The notes under the pieces were generated by a model that saw only the letters and a program-made list of their open reading frames with translations, was not told the origin of the DNA and did not search any database. A DNA stretch of 64,000 nt from an uncultured virus (IMG/VR IMGVR_UViG_3300021404_000009). Lineage: Duplodnaviria > Heunggongvirae > Uroviricota > Caudoviricetes. The DNA lies in IMG/VR virus record IMGVR_UViG_3300021404_000009; one strand, written 5' to 3'. The position numbers and the translations under genes were made by a program. Shown in pieces: positions 1 to 7,455 of the stretch. Each line of letters begins with the position of its first letter. Positions within the stretch are counted from its first letter, which is position 1.

Positions 1-442
1 GGGCGGGGTTGGGGGGGGGCGAGGGCGCGGGCGGGTAGAGGCCAGCGGCGGCAACGGCGGTGTCGAGGGCGCGGATGGCGGCGTCTTCGGTGGGCAGTCC
101 GTCAGTCCCGATAAACCTGTCGTACTTGCCCAAGCTCCAAGTGAACGCCGTCCATAGTCCGCTTCGGTGAATATTGCTCCACCAGTCCGCAGAGGTGGGG
201 GCGCCCACTCGGTCGCCACGGGTGCCCAGCCTCTCCTTCACCACCTCAATCGACTCTTCCGCCTCCCTCCCCACCGCCGGAAACCCCGCTTCTGGCGTGA
301 GCGGGCCGGAAGGGGCATCGTCGCCCAGGCCGATCCACACCTTGAGGGCGAGGATATCAGCGGCCATCGTGTCAACCATTTTGGCGAGGCCACCGAGTGA
401 GACGTGGTGCGTGGGCGGGATGATGTCGGGGTCTTTGGTCAT
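1..442 (-). CDS. Hypothetical early phage protein, 3' end runs off the window
   Basis: ATG at 442 preceded by AGGAG; frame open to base 1 (MTKDPDIIPPTHHVSLGGLAKMVDTMAAD...); not in the ORF track because no stop is inside the window. Confidence 0.6.
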   Translation of the reverse strand, partial: MTKDPDIIPPTHHVSLGGLAKMVDTMAADILALKVWIGLGDDAPSGPLTPEAGFPAVGREAEESIEVVKERLGTRGDRVGAPTSADWWSNIHRSGLWTAFTWSLGKYDRFIGTDGLPTEDAAIRALDTAVAAAGLYPPAPSPPPNPA

Positions 443-584
443 GGCGTGTGCTCCTCTTGGCGTGGAACGAACGCTCGGCGTACACGGTGCCGCCGGCTTG
501 CGAATGTTGCTTTAGATCACCGTCGAAGATTGCGGCTTCTAGGTCGAATGTCCTGTCACGGACGATAGGTGGCCATCTAGATAA

Positions 585-791
585 CTAGGAGGCCCTGCGT
601 TTCTGCAGTCCTTCGCGAATGAGCTGGTCAGCGAATCGACCGATGTACCCGTACCGTGGCGTGGCCTTGACGAGCAAGGCGTGCGTCTCAGGGGAAAGAT
701 GGACCGGCTTGCGATCCACCTTCGAGCGGTAGGGGTTAATCTTCGTGGAGGGCATCGGGCTCATCCGTAGGACGCGATCGACTTGATACAC
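585..791 (-). CDS. Small DNA-binding protein, possibly ribbon-helix-helix (Cro-like role)
   Basis: KPVHLSPETHALLVK...IGRFADQLIREGL has a strand-helix-helix pattern; divergent from 863..1273. Confidence 0.45.
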   Translation of the reverse strand: MYQVDRVLRMSPMPSTKINPYRSKVDRKPVHLSPETHALLVKATPRYGYIGRFADQLIREGLQKRRAS

Positions 792-810
792 GCGGACTAT
801 AGACGACGGC

Positions 811-857
811 TGGCCAATTGGTCAAGAGGGAAATTGGAGATTTGGCCAATTGACCAA
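811..857. promoter_or_regulatory. Two quasi-palindromic operator-like sites between divergent genes
   Basis: TGGCCAATTGGTCAA (811-825) and TGGCCAATTGACCAA (843-857), starts 32 bp apart. Confidence 0.6.
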
Positions 858-862
858 GTGGA

Positions 863-1273
863 ATGACGTATCTTGTTTTCGGAAAGAGATTTGGCAAAAT
901 GCTCAACATGAGCGATCCAGGCGCGCAGCCCTACGATACGCGGTTTCCGGCCCGCACGATCTCAAAGATGAAGTCCATCTTTGAGAACATGGCGACACGC
1001 CAGCGGCTTGACCGTGGCGTTCTATTTCGCGGCGGCCCCGACAAGATTTCGGACGAGGCGTTGACGAACGTCATCATTCTGCATTTCGCCAGCCTGAGCG
1101 AAGATGAGCGAGATGCGATCGTCGATGAGTTCCTGCCCCGGTTCGAGGCCGCCCTGCGCGGCGAGGGCATCGACCGATCCGCGCCAAAGGGCGAGCCGGC
1201 CAACAACGGCTACCACGCGCAGCCCGATCCCGTGCCCACGCAGGCCCGGCCGCGGAAGTCCCGGCACGCATAA
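863..1273 (+). CDS. Putative repressor/regulator (start may be 909)
   Basis: Divergent partner of 585..791; helical sequence; no canonical HTH recognised, call is mainly positional. Confidence 0.4.
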   Translation: MTYLVFGKRFGKMLNMSDPGAQPYDTRFPARTISKMKSIFENMATRQRLDRGVLFRGGPDKISDEALTNVIILHFASLSEDERDAIVDEFLPRFEAALRGEGIDRSAPKGEPANNGYHAQPDPVPTQARPRKSRHA

Positions 1274-2137
1274 CGCGAGGTGGCGTTTGCGACCCTATGT
1301 CCGCTTTGGCCGCGCCGGCATCGATATGCATGAGGTTTTCGCGTGGTGCGAAGACCCGGAGCAGCAGACCGTCCAGGTCTACAGCCGGCATGCCGCCGTC
1401 GTATGCCTGATTGAGCCGGAGGCGGGACGGTTCCTGCGCTTTGTCGATCTGAGGTCGATCGACTCCGATTCGGCCGCGAATTACTTCCAGGCGGCTCCCG
1501 CACCCAACGCCGGGGAACCGCCTGGATCAGTGAGCACTACTGGAGCGTGACGGCTGCCATCCTCCGTGTCTCGGGCTCAGGCTGGCGGTTGTAATCGCGG
1601 TCAGACAGCATGCGGGCGTCCGACGTCGCCACGATGCCACTGACGGCCACGAGACAGGCGTTGTTCGTCGCCGCACACCGGCCGTCGCACAGGCGGCATC
1701 GCTCGACGTCGCCGGGCTGCCATGTCCGCATGATCGCCGTGGACGTGGGACGTCCCGGCGGCAGGTGGAGCACTTGGGTTGTCAAGGGGGAAGGCTGAAG
1801 GGGCAGGACTGACCGGGCGTGGTCCTGCGCACTCGGCAGATTCATGCGTCCTCCACGGGCGTCATCGCCCGGCACGATTCATCCTTCGACAGTGGGGTCA
1901 AGCAGGGATGGGCGGCGGGGTTGCGTTGCCCTGTTCCAAAGGGCAGTTGGCGATCTTAGGCCGTTCGAGACGCATTTGCAATACCCTTGTTGCATGCGTG
2001 TTGTTATGTCCCCCTTATTGACTAGGGTGTGTCAATCCCGTGTCTATGGTATCGCGAAAATTCCTGGTACTCACAACTGCTGATCCTCATGGTGAACGCA
2101 AGTATACTGAACGAATGGTTTGTGTCAACCACCCAAC

Positions 2138-2169
2138 AAAAAACCCCGCGACGGACGAGCCGGGCGGGG
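2138..2169 (-). terminator. Rho-independent terminator
   Basis: Minus strand CCCCGC-loop-GCGGGG followed by TTTTTT, downstream of the minus-strand gene array. Confidence 0.6.
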
Positions 2170-2301
2170 CGATAGAGTTGGATCAGTTTACATGGTCCTC
2201 TGCGATAACGTCCGTACCGGATCGCTCCGGCCAGCCTGTTTCCGCACCCTTGCGGGCCGACCCCCAACGAGGACTTTACGGGGTCGTTTGACGGAGTGGA
2301 T

Positions 2302-2559
2302 TTAACGAGTGAGCTTTCCAGGCTCGGGCTCGTGCGGCGTCTCTGGCCGCGGGACGGACGTTAGGAGCGATAGGGCGACGGCTCGATTCTCGCGAAGCCG
2401 GGCGAGTAGGCCGCGGAAGTCTTTGCGGACGGAAGATTCCGCATCTGCGTCGTCTCGGCTGCGGGCATCACTTAGCCTGCGCCCAGCGGCCTCGACATCG
2501 ACAAGTATACCGTCATTCTCTTGGATGATCCCGACCAATTGCTGTAGGTCGCTCGTCAT
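2302..2559 (-). CDS. Hypothetical small helical protein (cassette 4)
   Basis: MTSDLQQLVGIIQEND... preceded by TATATT and CAGGAGG leader. Confidence 0.6.
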   Translation of the reverse strand: MTSDLQQLVGIIQENDGILVDVEAAGRRLSDARSRDDADAESSVRKDFRGLLARLRENRAVALSLLTSVPRPETPHEPEPGKLTR

Positions 2560-2643
2560 AGGCGGTGCCCTCCTGTCCCAATATATCATGGCCTGCACCG
2601 TGGATCGGGCAGACCTTGGAGATGAGGCACCAGGGGCAGTCCA

Positions 2644-2856
2644 TCAAAACACGCTTTCCCCGACGCGATCGGATTGCATCTGGAACTCAAGCTGGAACTG
2701 GCCATCCTTGAGGGCAATTGACCACGGCCCAATCCGGCAAATGCCCGGTGATGCGTCGCGGTACGAAACGGCCTTCTTCACTCCGTCAACGTAGACGTCG
2801 ATTTTGTCGCCGCCGCCGCAGATGGCGATCCGCTGAATTTTTGCTGCCGTCGTCAT
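2644..2856 (-). CDS. Hypothetical small beta-rich protein (cassette 3)
   Basis: 70 aa ORF preceded by TAGAAT and CAGGAAG leader. Confidence 0.6.
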   Translation of the reverse strand: MTTAAKIQRIAICGGGDKIDVYVDGVKKAVSYRDASPGICRIGPWSIALKDGQFQLEFQMQSDRVGESVF

Positions 2857-2910
2857 GGTTGGTGTCTTCCTGTGCTCATTCTATCCCGCAATGGCCGCGC
2901 GGGACGGACG

Positions 2911-3294
2911 TTAGGAGCGGATGTCGGTCAGGCCGGGGATTGAGTTGACGATCTTGCCCTCGGGCGCCGGGAAGAACCGTGCGAATAACTGGTCAAGCAG
3001 GTTGGCGGGGCTCAATGTCGATCCGCAGAGCGAGCCGATCCGAGTGCGACTCATTGCGTGGCCGTTGCTCTCGTGGACCAGGGAAAGCTTCGCTTCGCTC
3101 TCGATATTGCGAATCCAGTTGTCTAGCCAGTCGCCAGGATCGTCTGCTTGCCAGTCGCCGCGAGCAATAGCGCGAGCCAGCGATGGCCGGCGATGCGAGA
3201 AGTATTTCCCGTCGGAATCGAACACAATAACGCCAATGTTCGTATGCTCGCCAGTCAGGGGGTCGCCGGAAACTATCAGGGCGTATTTGCTCAT
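2911..3294 (-). CDS. DUF3037-like protein (cassette 2)
   Basis: YALIV..DPLTGEHTNIGVIVF N-terminus and LLDQLFARFF C-terminus resemble DUF3037; leader CATAAT...CAGGAGG. Confidence 0.55.
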   Translation of the reverse strand: MSKYALIVSGDPLTGEHTNIGVIVFDSDGKYFSHRRPSLARAIARGDWQADDPGDWLDNWIRNIESEAKLSLVHESNGHAMSRTRIGSLCGSTLSPANLLDQLFARFFPAPEGKIVNSIPGLTDIRS

Positions 3295-3365
3295 GACACC
3301 TCTCCTCATGGCCATTGTCCTCCTGCCCCAATTATGCCGCTCTGGCCGCGGGACGGACGTTCGCT

Positions 3366-3554
3366 TCATTCCTTAAATGAGCCCCGGGCGATCTTCCAGC
3401 GTCCCCCACTCCCGGAGATCCTAGCAGGAACCCCGGCCGGGCAGCGCAATAGCGTCCCGTTGATACTGATCGTCTCGTGGTCGACCGAGACAATCGTCCA
3501 CGGCGCCGGGGCAGATGCGGCGTCAGTCGTCTTGATGAAGTCACGTCGGGTCAT
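3366..3554 (-). CDS. Hypothetical small protein (cassette 1)
   Basis: MTRRDFIK... preceded by TATAAT and CAGGAGG. Confidence 0.55.
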   Translation of the reverse strand: MTRRDFIKTTDAASAPAPWTIVSVDHETISINGTLLRCPAGVPARISGSGGRWKIARGSFKE

Positions 3555-3614
3555 GGGCGGTGCCCTCCTGTCCCAATTATACCGCGATGGCCGGGCGGTG
3601 CGGGCGGGCGAGGG

Positions 3615-4949
3615 TTAAGAGGCGTTCCGCCGCTCCCACGGATAGACCGGGTAAGTCGCGCCGAGCGGTTCGCCCCGGGGCGGGTCGCCCTCTAGCGACC
3701 AGTCTGAGCGGATGCCGTGTTCGGGGTGGACAAGCATCATCTTCTGGCTCGGTGCGTCGGCGGCGTTCAGGTCTTCAACCGTGTACTCGTTGCCACCGAT
3801 CAGGCTGCCGTTGACCTTCGTCTTGCCCGAATCGATGCTCGACTCCTGGTGGAAGTGGCTCAGGAGGTAGTACGAGATTTTCCGGTCGCGTTCGTTGTTC
3901 AGGGCCTTGTTGTTCCGCGTCCATCGACTGATGCCGTAATGCGGAATCCCCATCCATGAGCGAATCCCCTGCCCGTGGTACTGGATGAACGTGTGCTCGC
4001 CAATGTCGAACGTGGCAACGTAGGAATCGGGTATGAAGAACTCGACGTTAGGAACCGACTCCAGCATGGACTCGGCCAACAGGTAGATCATCGTGTCCCA
4101 GTTGCGGGTCGGGTCTTTCTTCTGCATCTTCCTCGCGTCGGGCAGCCGACCGTGATTGCCACTCGTGCAAATCACGCTCACCTTGCGATGGACGGCCGCA
4201 AGGTCGCGCAGGCCCAACGCGAGGGTTCGGGCACAGCCGTAAACTGCCATGACGATATTCGGCGCGTCCGTGTGCCGCTCAAGCTCATGGATCGATCCGC
4301 TTGTGAAGTCGCCGTTGGCCGAGATGACGCAGTCGTCTATGACCCATCCGCCGCCTGCCTCCATTCGCTGCTTGATCGAGATGGCCCGGTCAATGATCCG
4401 TTTCGACCGCCTCGCGAAAATCTCCGCGTTGTATTCATTGAATCCCTGAGTCCGCTCGCGACTGACGATCTCGTAGGCGTGCCAGTCGGACAGCATCAGC
4501 AGCATGGTTTCGTGGGATGCTCCCTTCGGGGCCGGCGTCGGCTGCCACGGCGGCGGCGCGGCAAGATGCTCGGCTGTCTCGCGGGCCAACCGCTGTAGCT
4601 CAGCCCGAATCGACCGCTCGCCCGCCACGGCGTGCAGGTCTTCCCGCTCCTGCTTGATCCGCCGCTGACGCTCCATCCGCTCCCTGGCAAGCTCCACGGG
4701 GTCCGGCTCGGGCACAGGAGCCAACGGAGGGGCAATCACCCTCTCCGGCTCCGCCGATGCCACCACGGACCCGCTAGAGCCCTTGCCGATCGTCCTGGAC
4801 AGGTGGCGCCAAACCTGCTGGCGGGACACGCCGGGGATCGCGTCGCTGATCGCCTTCATGGAGACGACCCGGCCGCATAGTGTGACCTGGGCGGCCGCCT
4901 TCTCGTCGATTGCCGTTTGCTGCTCTGGCGTGAGGGCGAGTGCGGCCAT
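3615..4949 (-). CDS. Calcineurin-like metallophosphoesterase with N-terminal HTH/coiled region
   Basis: Motifs LSDWH, NGDF, SGNHGR, QYHG, SHFH in canonical order. Confidence 0.8.
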   Translation of the reverse strand: MAALALTPEQQTAIDEKAAAQVTLCGRVVSMKAISDAIPGVSRQQVWRHLSRTIGKGSSGSVVASAEPERVIAPPLAPVPEPDPVELARERMERQRRIKQEREDLHAVAGERSIRAELQRLARETAEHLAAPPPWQPTPAPKGASHETMLLMLSDWHAYEIVSRERTQGFNEYNAEIFARRSKRIIDRAISIKQRMEAGGGWVIDDCVISANGDFTSGSIHELERHTDAPNIVMAVYGCARTLALGLRDLAAVHRKVSVICTSGNHGRLPDARKMQKKDPTRNWDTMIYLLAESMLESVPNVEFFIPDSYVATFDIGEHTFIQYHGQGIRSWMGIPHYGISRWTRNNKALNNERDRKISYYLLSHFHQESSIDSGKTKVNGSLIGGNEYTVEDLNAADAPSQKMMLVHPEHGIRSDWSLEGDPPRGEPLGATYPVYPWERRNAS

Positions 4950-5275
4950 TAGTCGATAGCTCCATCAGAGGTGTGGGCTTCCGCCGCCCGTGGGCCGTCA
5001 AGCAATTGCCGCCTCTGCCACCCGAGCACCGCTGCCCGGTGGAACGCCGCGATCAGTTGGAACGCCGTCACGCAGGCGTTCTCCTGGGCGTTCTTGAACG
5101 TATCCTCAAGTTCGATCGGCGACTGTTCGTCCCCAGCCCGCGTCATGGGCAGATAGACGGGGCAAAAGTGATTGGCGAACGTGACGACGCTTCGGTAGAT
5201 GGACAGGTCTTCCGGCTCTGGGCCTCCGGGCAGTTCGTCAAGCAGGGGCGCACTCTCTTCGGGGGCGTCGCTCAT
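4949..5275 (-). CDS. Hypothetical protein
   Basis: GAGG-type RBS; stop overlaps start of next gene. Confidence 0.6.
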   Translation of the reverse strand: MSDAPEESAPLLDELPGGPEPEDLSIYRSVVTFANHFCPVYLPMTRAGDEQSPIELEDTFKNAQENACVTAFQLIAAFHRAAVLGWQRRQLLDGPRAAEAHTSDGAID

Positions 5276-5307
5276 GGGGCGTCCTCGGGGTAGGTGCGAG
5301 AATGTGA

Positions 5308-5802
5308 TTAAGAGGCGCGGAGAATACCGAGTGCGGCAGAGAGGCGACGAAGGCGGGTGTATAGATCCTCGATCCGACCGCGATTAGGAATTATCGCGTC
5401 AGCATACTCGATTCCAAATTCTAGTGTCTCATCGGGGGCAACGCTCCGGTCGATCCACCAGATGGTGTCGACTAGTTTCTCGCGAACGACGGCCTCGATC
5501 TCGACCCGCGAGCGGACGCCCTCGCAGATGTCGCCCTCGGTCAGCGTCACCCGAGCAAGGGCGGCTGGATCGTTTGCCCGCAACTCATCACCTATCGCCC
5601 GCCAGAGTGCCCGGTCTTCATGGCGACGGCGGAAGGCTTCCGCCTCAGAGACCCCCAGTCGCGCCGCAGCGTGGGGAGCAATCACCTTGGACGTCGGCCC
5701 CCAGTAGCGGAGGCGTGTGTTTCGCTGGAGCCAAAGGGCTGCCTCGCCCTTCCCTGAGCGGCCCGGTCCGATAAGCGCTAGTCTCATATAGCCGCACCCC
5801 AT
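5308..5802 (-). CDS. P-loop nucleotide kinase (dNMP/dephospho-CoA kinase-like)
   Basis: LALIGPGRSGKG Walker A, EGVR..E and ADAIIPN motifs typical of phage NMP kinases. Confidence 0.7.
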   Translation of the reverse strand: MGCGYMRLALIGPGRSGKGEAALWLQRNTRLRYWGPTSKVIAPHAAARLGVSEAEAFRRRHEDRALWRAIGDELRANDPAALARVTLTEGDICEGVRSRVEIEAVVREKLVDTIWWIDRSVAPDETLEFGIEYADAIIPNRGRIEDLYTRLRRLSAALGILRAS

Positions 5803-5817
5803 GTTCCGTCGTATTCC

Positions 5818-6048
5818 TCATGCTGCCCTCGGCCCGTCGCCGCGGGGGTCGATCTCAGTGATGCGTGGACCGCTCTTTCGCTCGGGACGCTCCACGTCGA
5901 AGTTGTGGGCGTTATCGTCGAAGGCTAGATCGCATTGGCTCGGGAAGCCTTCGCGGATTCGGTAGACGCGGATGCGGATCACGTCGCCCGATTCGACGTG
6001 CTTGATCTCGGTCCACTGGCCCTCTTTCCGCTTCAAAACCAACATCAT
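5818..6048 (-). CDS. csrA: CsrA/RsmA-like RNA-binding protein (divergent)
   Basis: MLVLKRKEGQ...I.IRV..I...Q..LAFD......V.RPE follows the CsrA pattern MLVLxRKxGE...RxE. Confidence 0.65.
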   Translation of the reverse strand: MMLVLKRKEGQWTEIKHVESGDVIRIRVYRIREGFPSQCDLAFDDNAHNFDVERPERKSGPRITEIDPRGDGPRAA

Positions 6049-6049
6049 T

Positions 6050-6400
6050 TTATCCTTTTGTCGCGACTTCGCATGTTCGGCACCAGTCGAGCGTCACCGT
6101 CGCCGGATAGCCCATCGCAAGACAGGTCGCTGGCTTGCTCAAGCAGCCACAGGTTGACGCCCGGTAGCGACAGGTTTCGATGCGGGCGATGGCCCTGTTG
6201 TCCACGGGGACAACTGCCGCGTCATTGGGCTGCGTGGCAGCGAGTCGGGCGTAGGCCGGGTGCGGTTCGCCCCGAAGGATCGCCGGCCAGTCCGGGTGAT
6301 AGTCAGGATGTCCTGGCTTGATGACTTCGCAATACCGTGGATAAGGCCGCGTGATCGCCGGGCATCCTGGACCGACCGGGCAGAGCGAACAGGGGCTCAC
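6050..6400 (-). CDS. Cys-rich small protein at the end of the tail operon
   Basis: Multiple Cys clusters; overlaps stop of 6397..7095. Confidence 0.6.
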   Translation of the reverse strand: MSPCSLCPVGPGCPAITRPYPRYCEVIKPGHPDYHPDWPAILRGEPHPAYARLAATQPNDAAVVPVDNRAIARIETCRYRASTCGCLSKPATCLAMGYPATVTLDWCRTCEVATKG

Positions 6401-7095
6401 GAAGTCACCAGAATGTTACGATAGAAGTACGACAGGCCGTTAAAGAACGGGCCGGGGAACGAGAGATTGACGGGGGCCGTGCCCGGCCCGGCTATGGTCA
6501 TGGCGAACCCTCGCGATTCGCCGACAGTCCATTGACTGCTGCCGATATAGGTGATCGTCCAGATAAAACTAACGCCCGCAAAACAGGGGGCCGGGGCGGC
6601 ATTGCCTCCGACCCATTCGCAGTTTCCGCCGCAAGAGAGGGTTAAGGAATAGGGGCAATATGTGAAGCCGTCGCTGGACACTTCGCCGGACAGGAACAGG
6701 AGGCCCGGCGCGGTTCCCGCCCCCCATCGGCTGCAAGGGCAGAATGGAGGGGGCGGCGGAGGACTCGTCCCGCTACCCCTTTCCGCTACCCACCTTCCCC
6801 CCGTCCTCCTCGCAACCAGCACGTCCCCCACCGACGGCGTACTACCCAGTACCGCGATGTTGACTTGAGCACTTCCGGCATTGATTACCGGCGCGGCCCC
6901 TTCGGTCTCGCTTCCGCCGATATAGGTTGGGTGCGCCGCGTAATACTTGAGCCCCCCTGACGGCATGGCCCCGGCGTTGAACACCTGGAACAGCCCAGAG
7001 AGCGTGCCACCTTGGCTGTCCGGGATCGAGTTCGCGCGGGCCGCGATGTCGGCCTGGCGACGGCGAAGGATGGTCAGTTCGGCGGAGTTATCCAA
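6397..7095 (-). CDS. Putative tail tip protein
   Basis: N-terminal domain paralogous to 7099..7455; Pro linker then Cys/aromatic-rich domain; follows the hub-like gene. Confidence 0.6.
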   Translation of the reverse strand: MDNSAELTILRRRQADIAARANSIPDSQGGTLSGLFQVFNAGAMPSGGLKYYAAHPTYIGGSETEGAAPVINAGSAQVNIAVLGSTPSVGDVLVARRTGGRWVAERGSGTSPPPPPPFCPCSRWGAGTAPGLLFLSGEVSSDGFTYCPYSLTLSCGGNCEWVGGNAAPAPCFAGVSFIWTITYIGSSQWTVGESRGFAMTIAGPGTAPVNLSFPGPFFNGLSYFYRNILVTS

Positions 7096-7098
7096 GGG

Positions 7099-7455
7099 TC
7101 AGCCATCCCAGCGGAAAACGGCCCTGTTGCCCGTCCGCGTCACGATCACGGCCGTTCCCACTGGTGGAATCGCCGACCCCAGATTCGCGACCATGACGGC
7201 AGCCGTCCCGGCATTCACGGCAACGGCTGTCCCCTCGGTCTCACTCCCCCCGAGATAGCACGGCACCACGGCGTAATACGCGAGGGCTGTTGTGGGGTAG
7301 GTCGTAACCGTCGTGGTCTTCCCTACCCACGAATCCGAGCACTCGGCGGCCGAACTTGGGGGGCGGTCCATCGCCTCCAACTGGTCGTCCATGCGGCGGC
7401 GGAGCGTGGCCGTTTCGTACGAGGCCGTGAGGTCGCCTGAGCCCGCGCCGTTCAA
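7099..7455 (-). CDS. Putative tail tip protein
   Basis: YYA..P.YLGGSETEG motif shared with neighbour; coupled to 7452..9749. Confidence 0.6.
   Translation of the reverse strand: MNGAGSGDLTASYETATLRRRMDDQLEAMDRPPSSAAECSDSWVGKTTTVTTYPTTALAYYAVVPCYLGGSETEGTAVAVNAGTAAVMVANLGSAIPPVGTAVIVTRTGNRAVFRWDG

Larger units (their letters stand above)
2341..3592 (-). repeat. Dispersed repeated leader/boundary elements
   Basis: GGCGGTGCCCTCCTGTCCCAAT at 2561-2582 and 3556-3577; CTCTGGCCGCGGGACGGACGTT at 2341-2362 and 3340-3361; CGCGGGACGGACGTTAGGAGCG at 2348-2369 and 2898-2919. Confidence 0.9.

Noticed and set aside
1..40. G-rich run as a G-quadruplex element or genome terminus
   Set aside because: It is the complement of Pro codons in the minus-strand ORF at the window edge and may include homopolymer error.
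1780..2135. Short ORFs or a named ncRNA in the low-coding region
   Set aside because: No convincing RBS, motif or known RNA family recognised; only weak inverted repeats such as TTGAC...GTCAA at ~2017-2034.
2302..3615. Repeat-bounded genes as an integron cassette array or CRISPR
   Set aside because: Most repeats lack a paired RYYYAAC/GTTRRRY structure, spacing is gene-sized and irregular, and the only tyrosine recombinase looks like a phage integrase.
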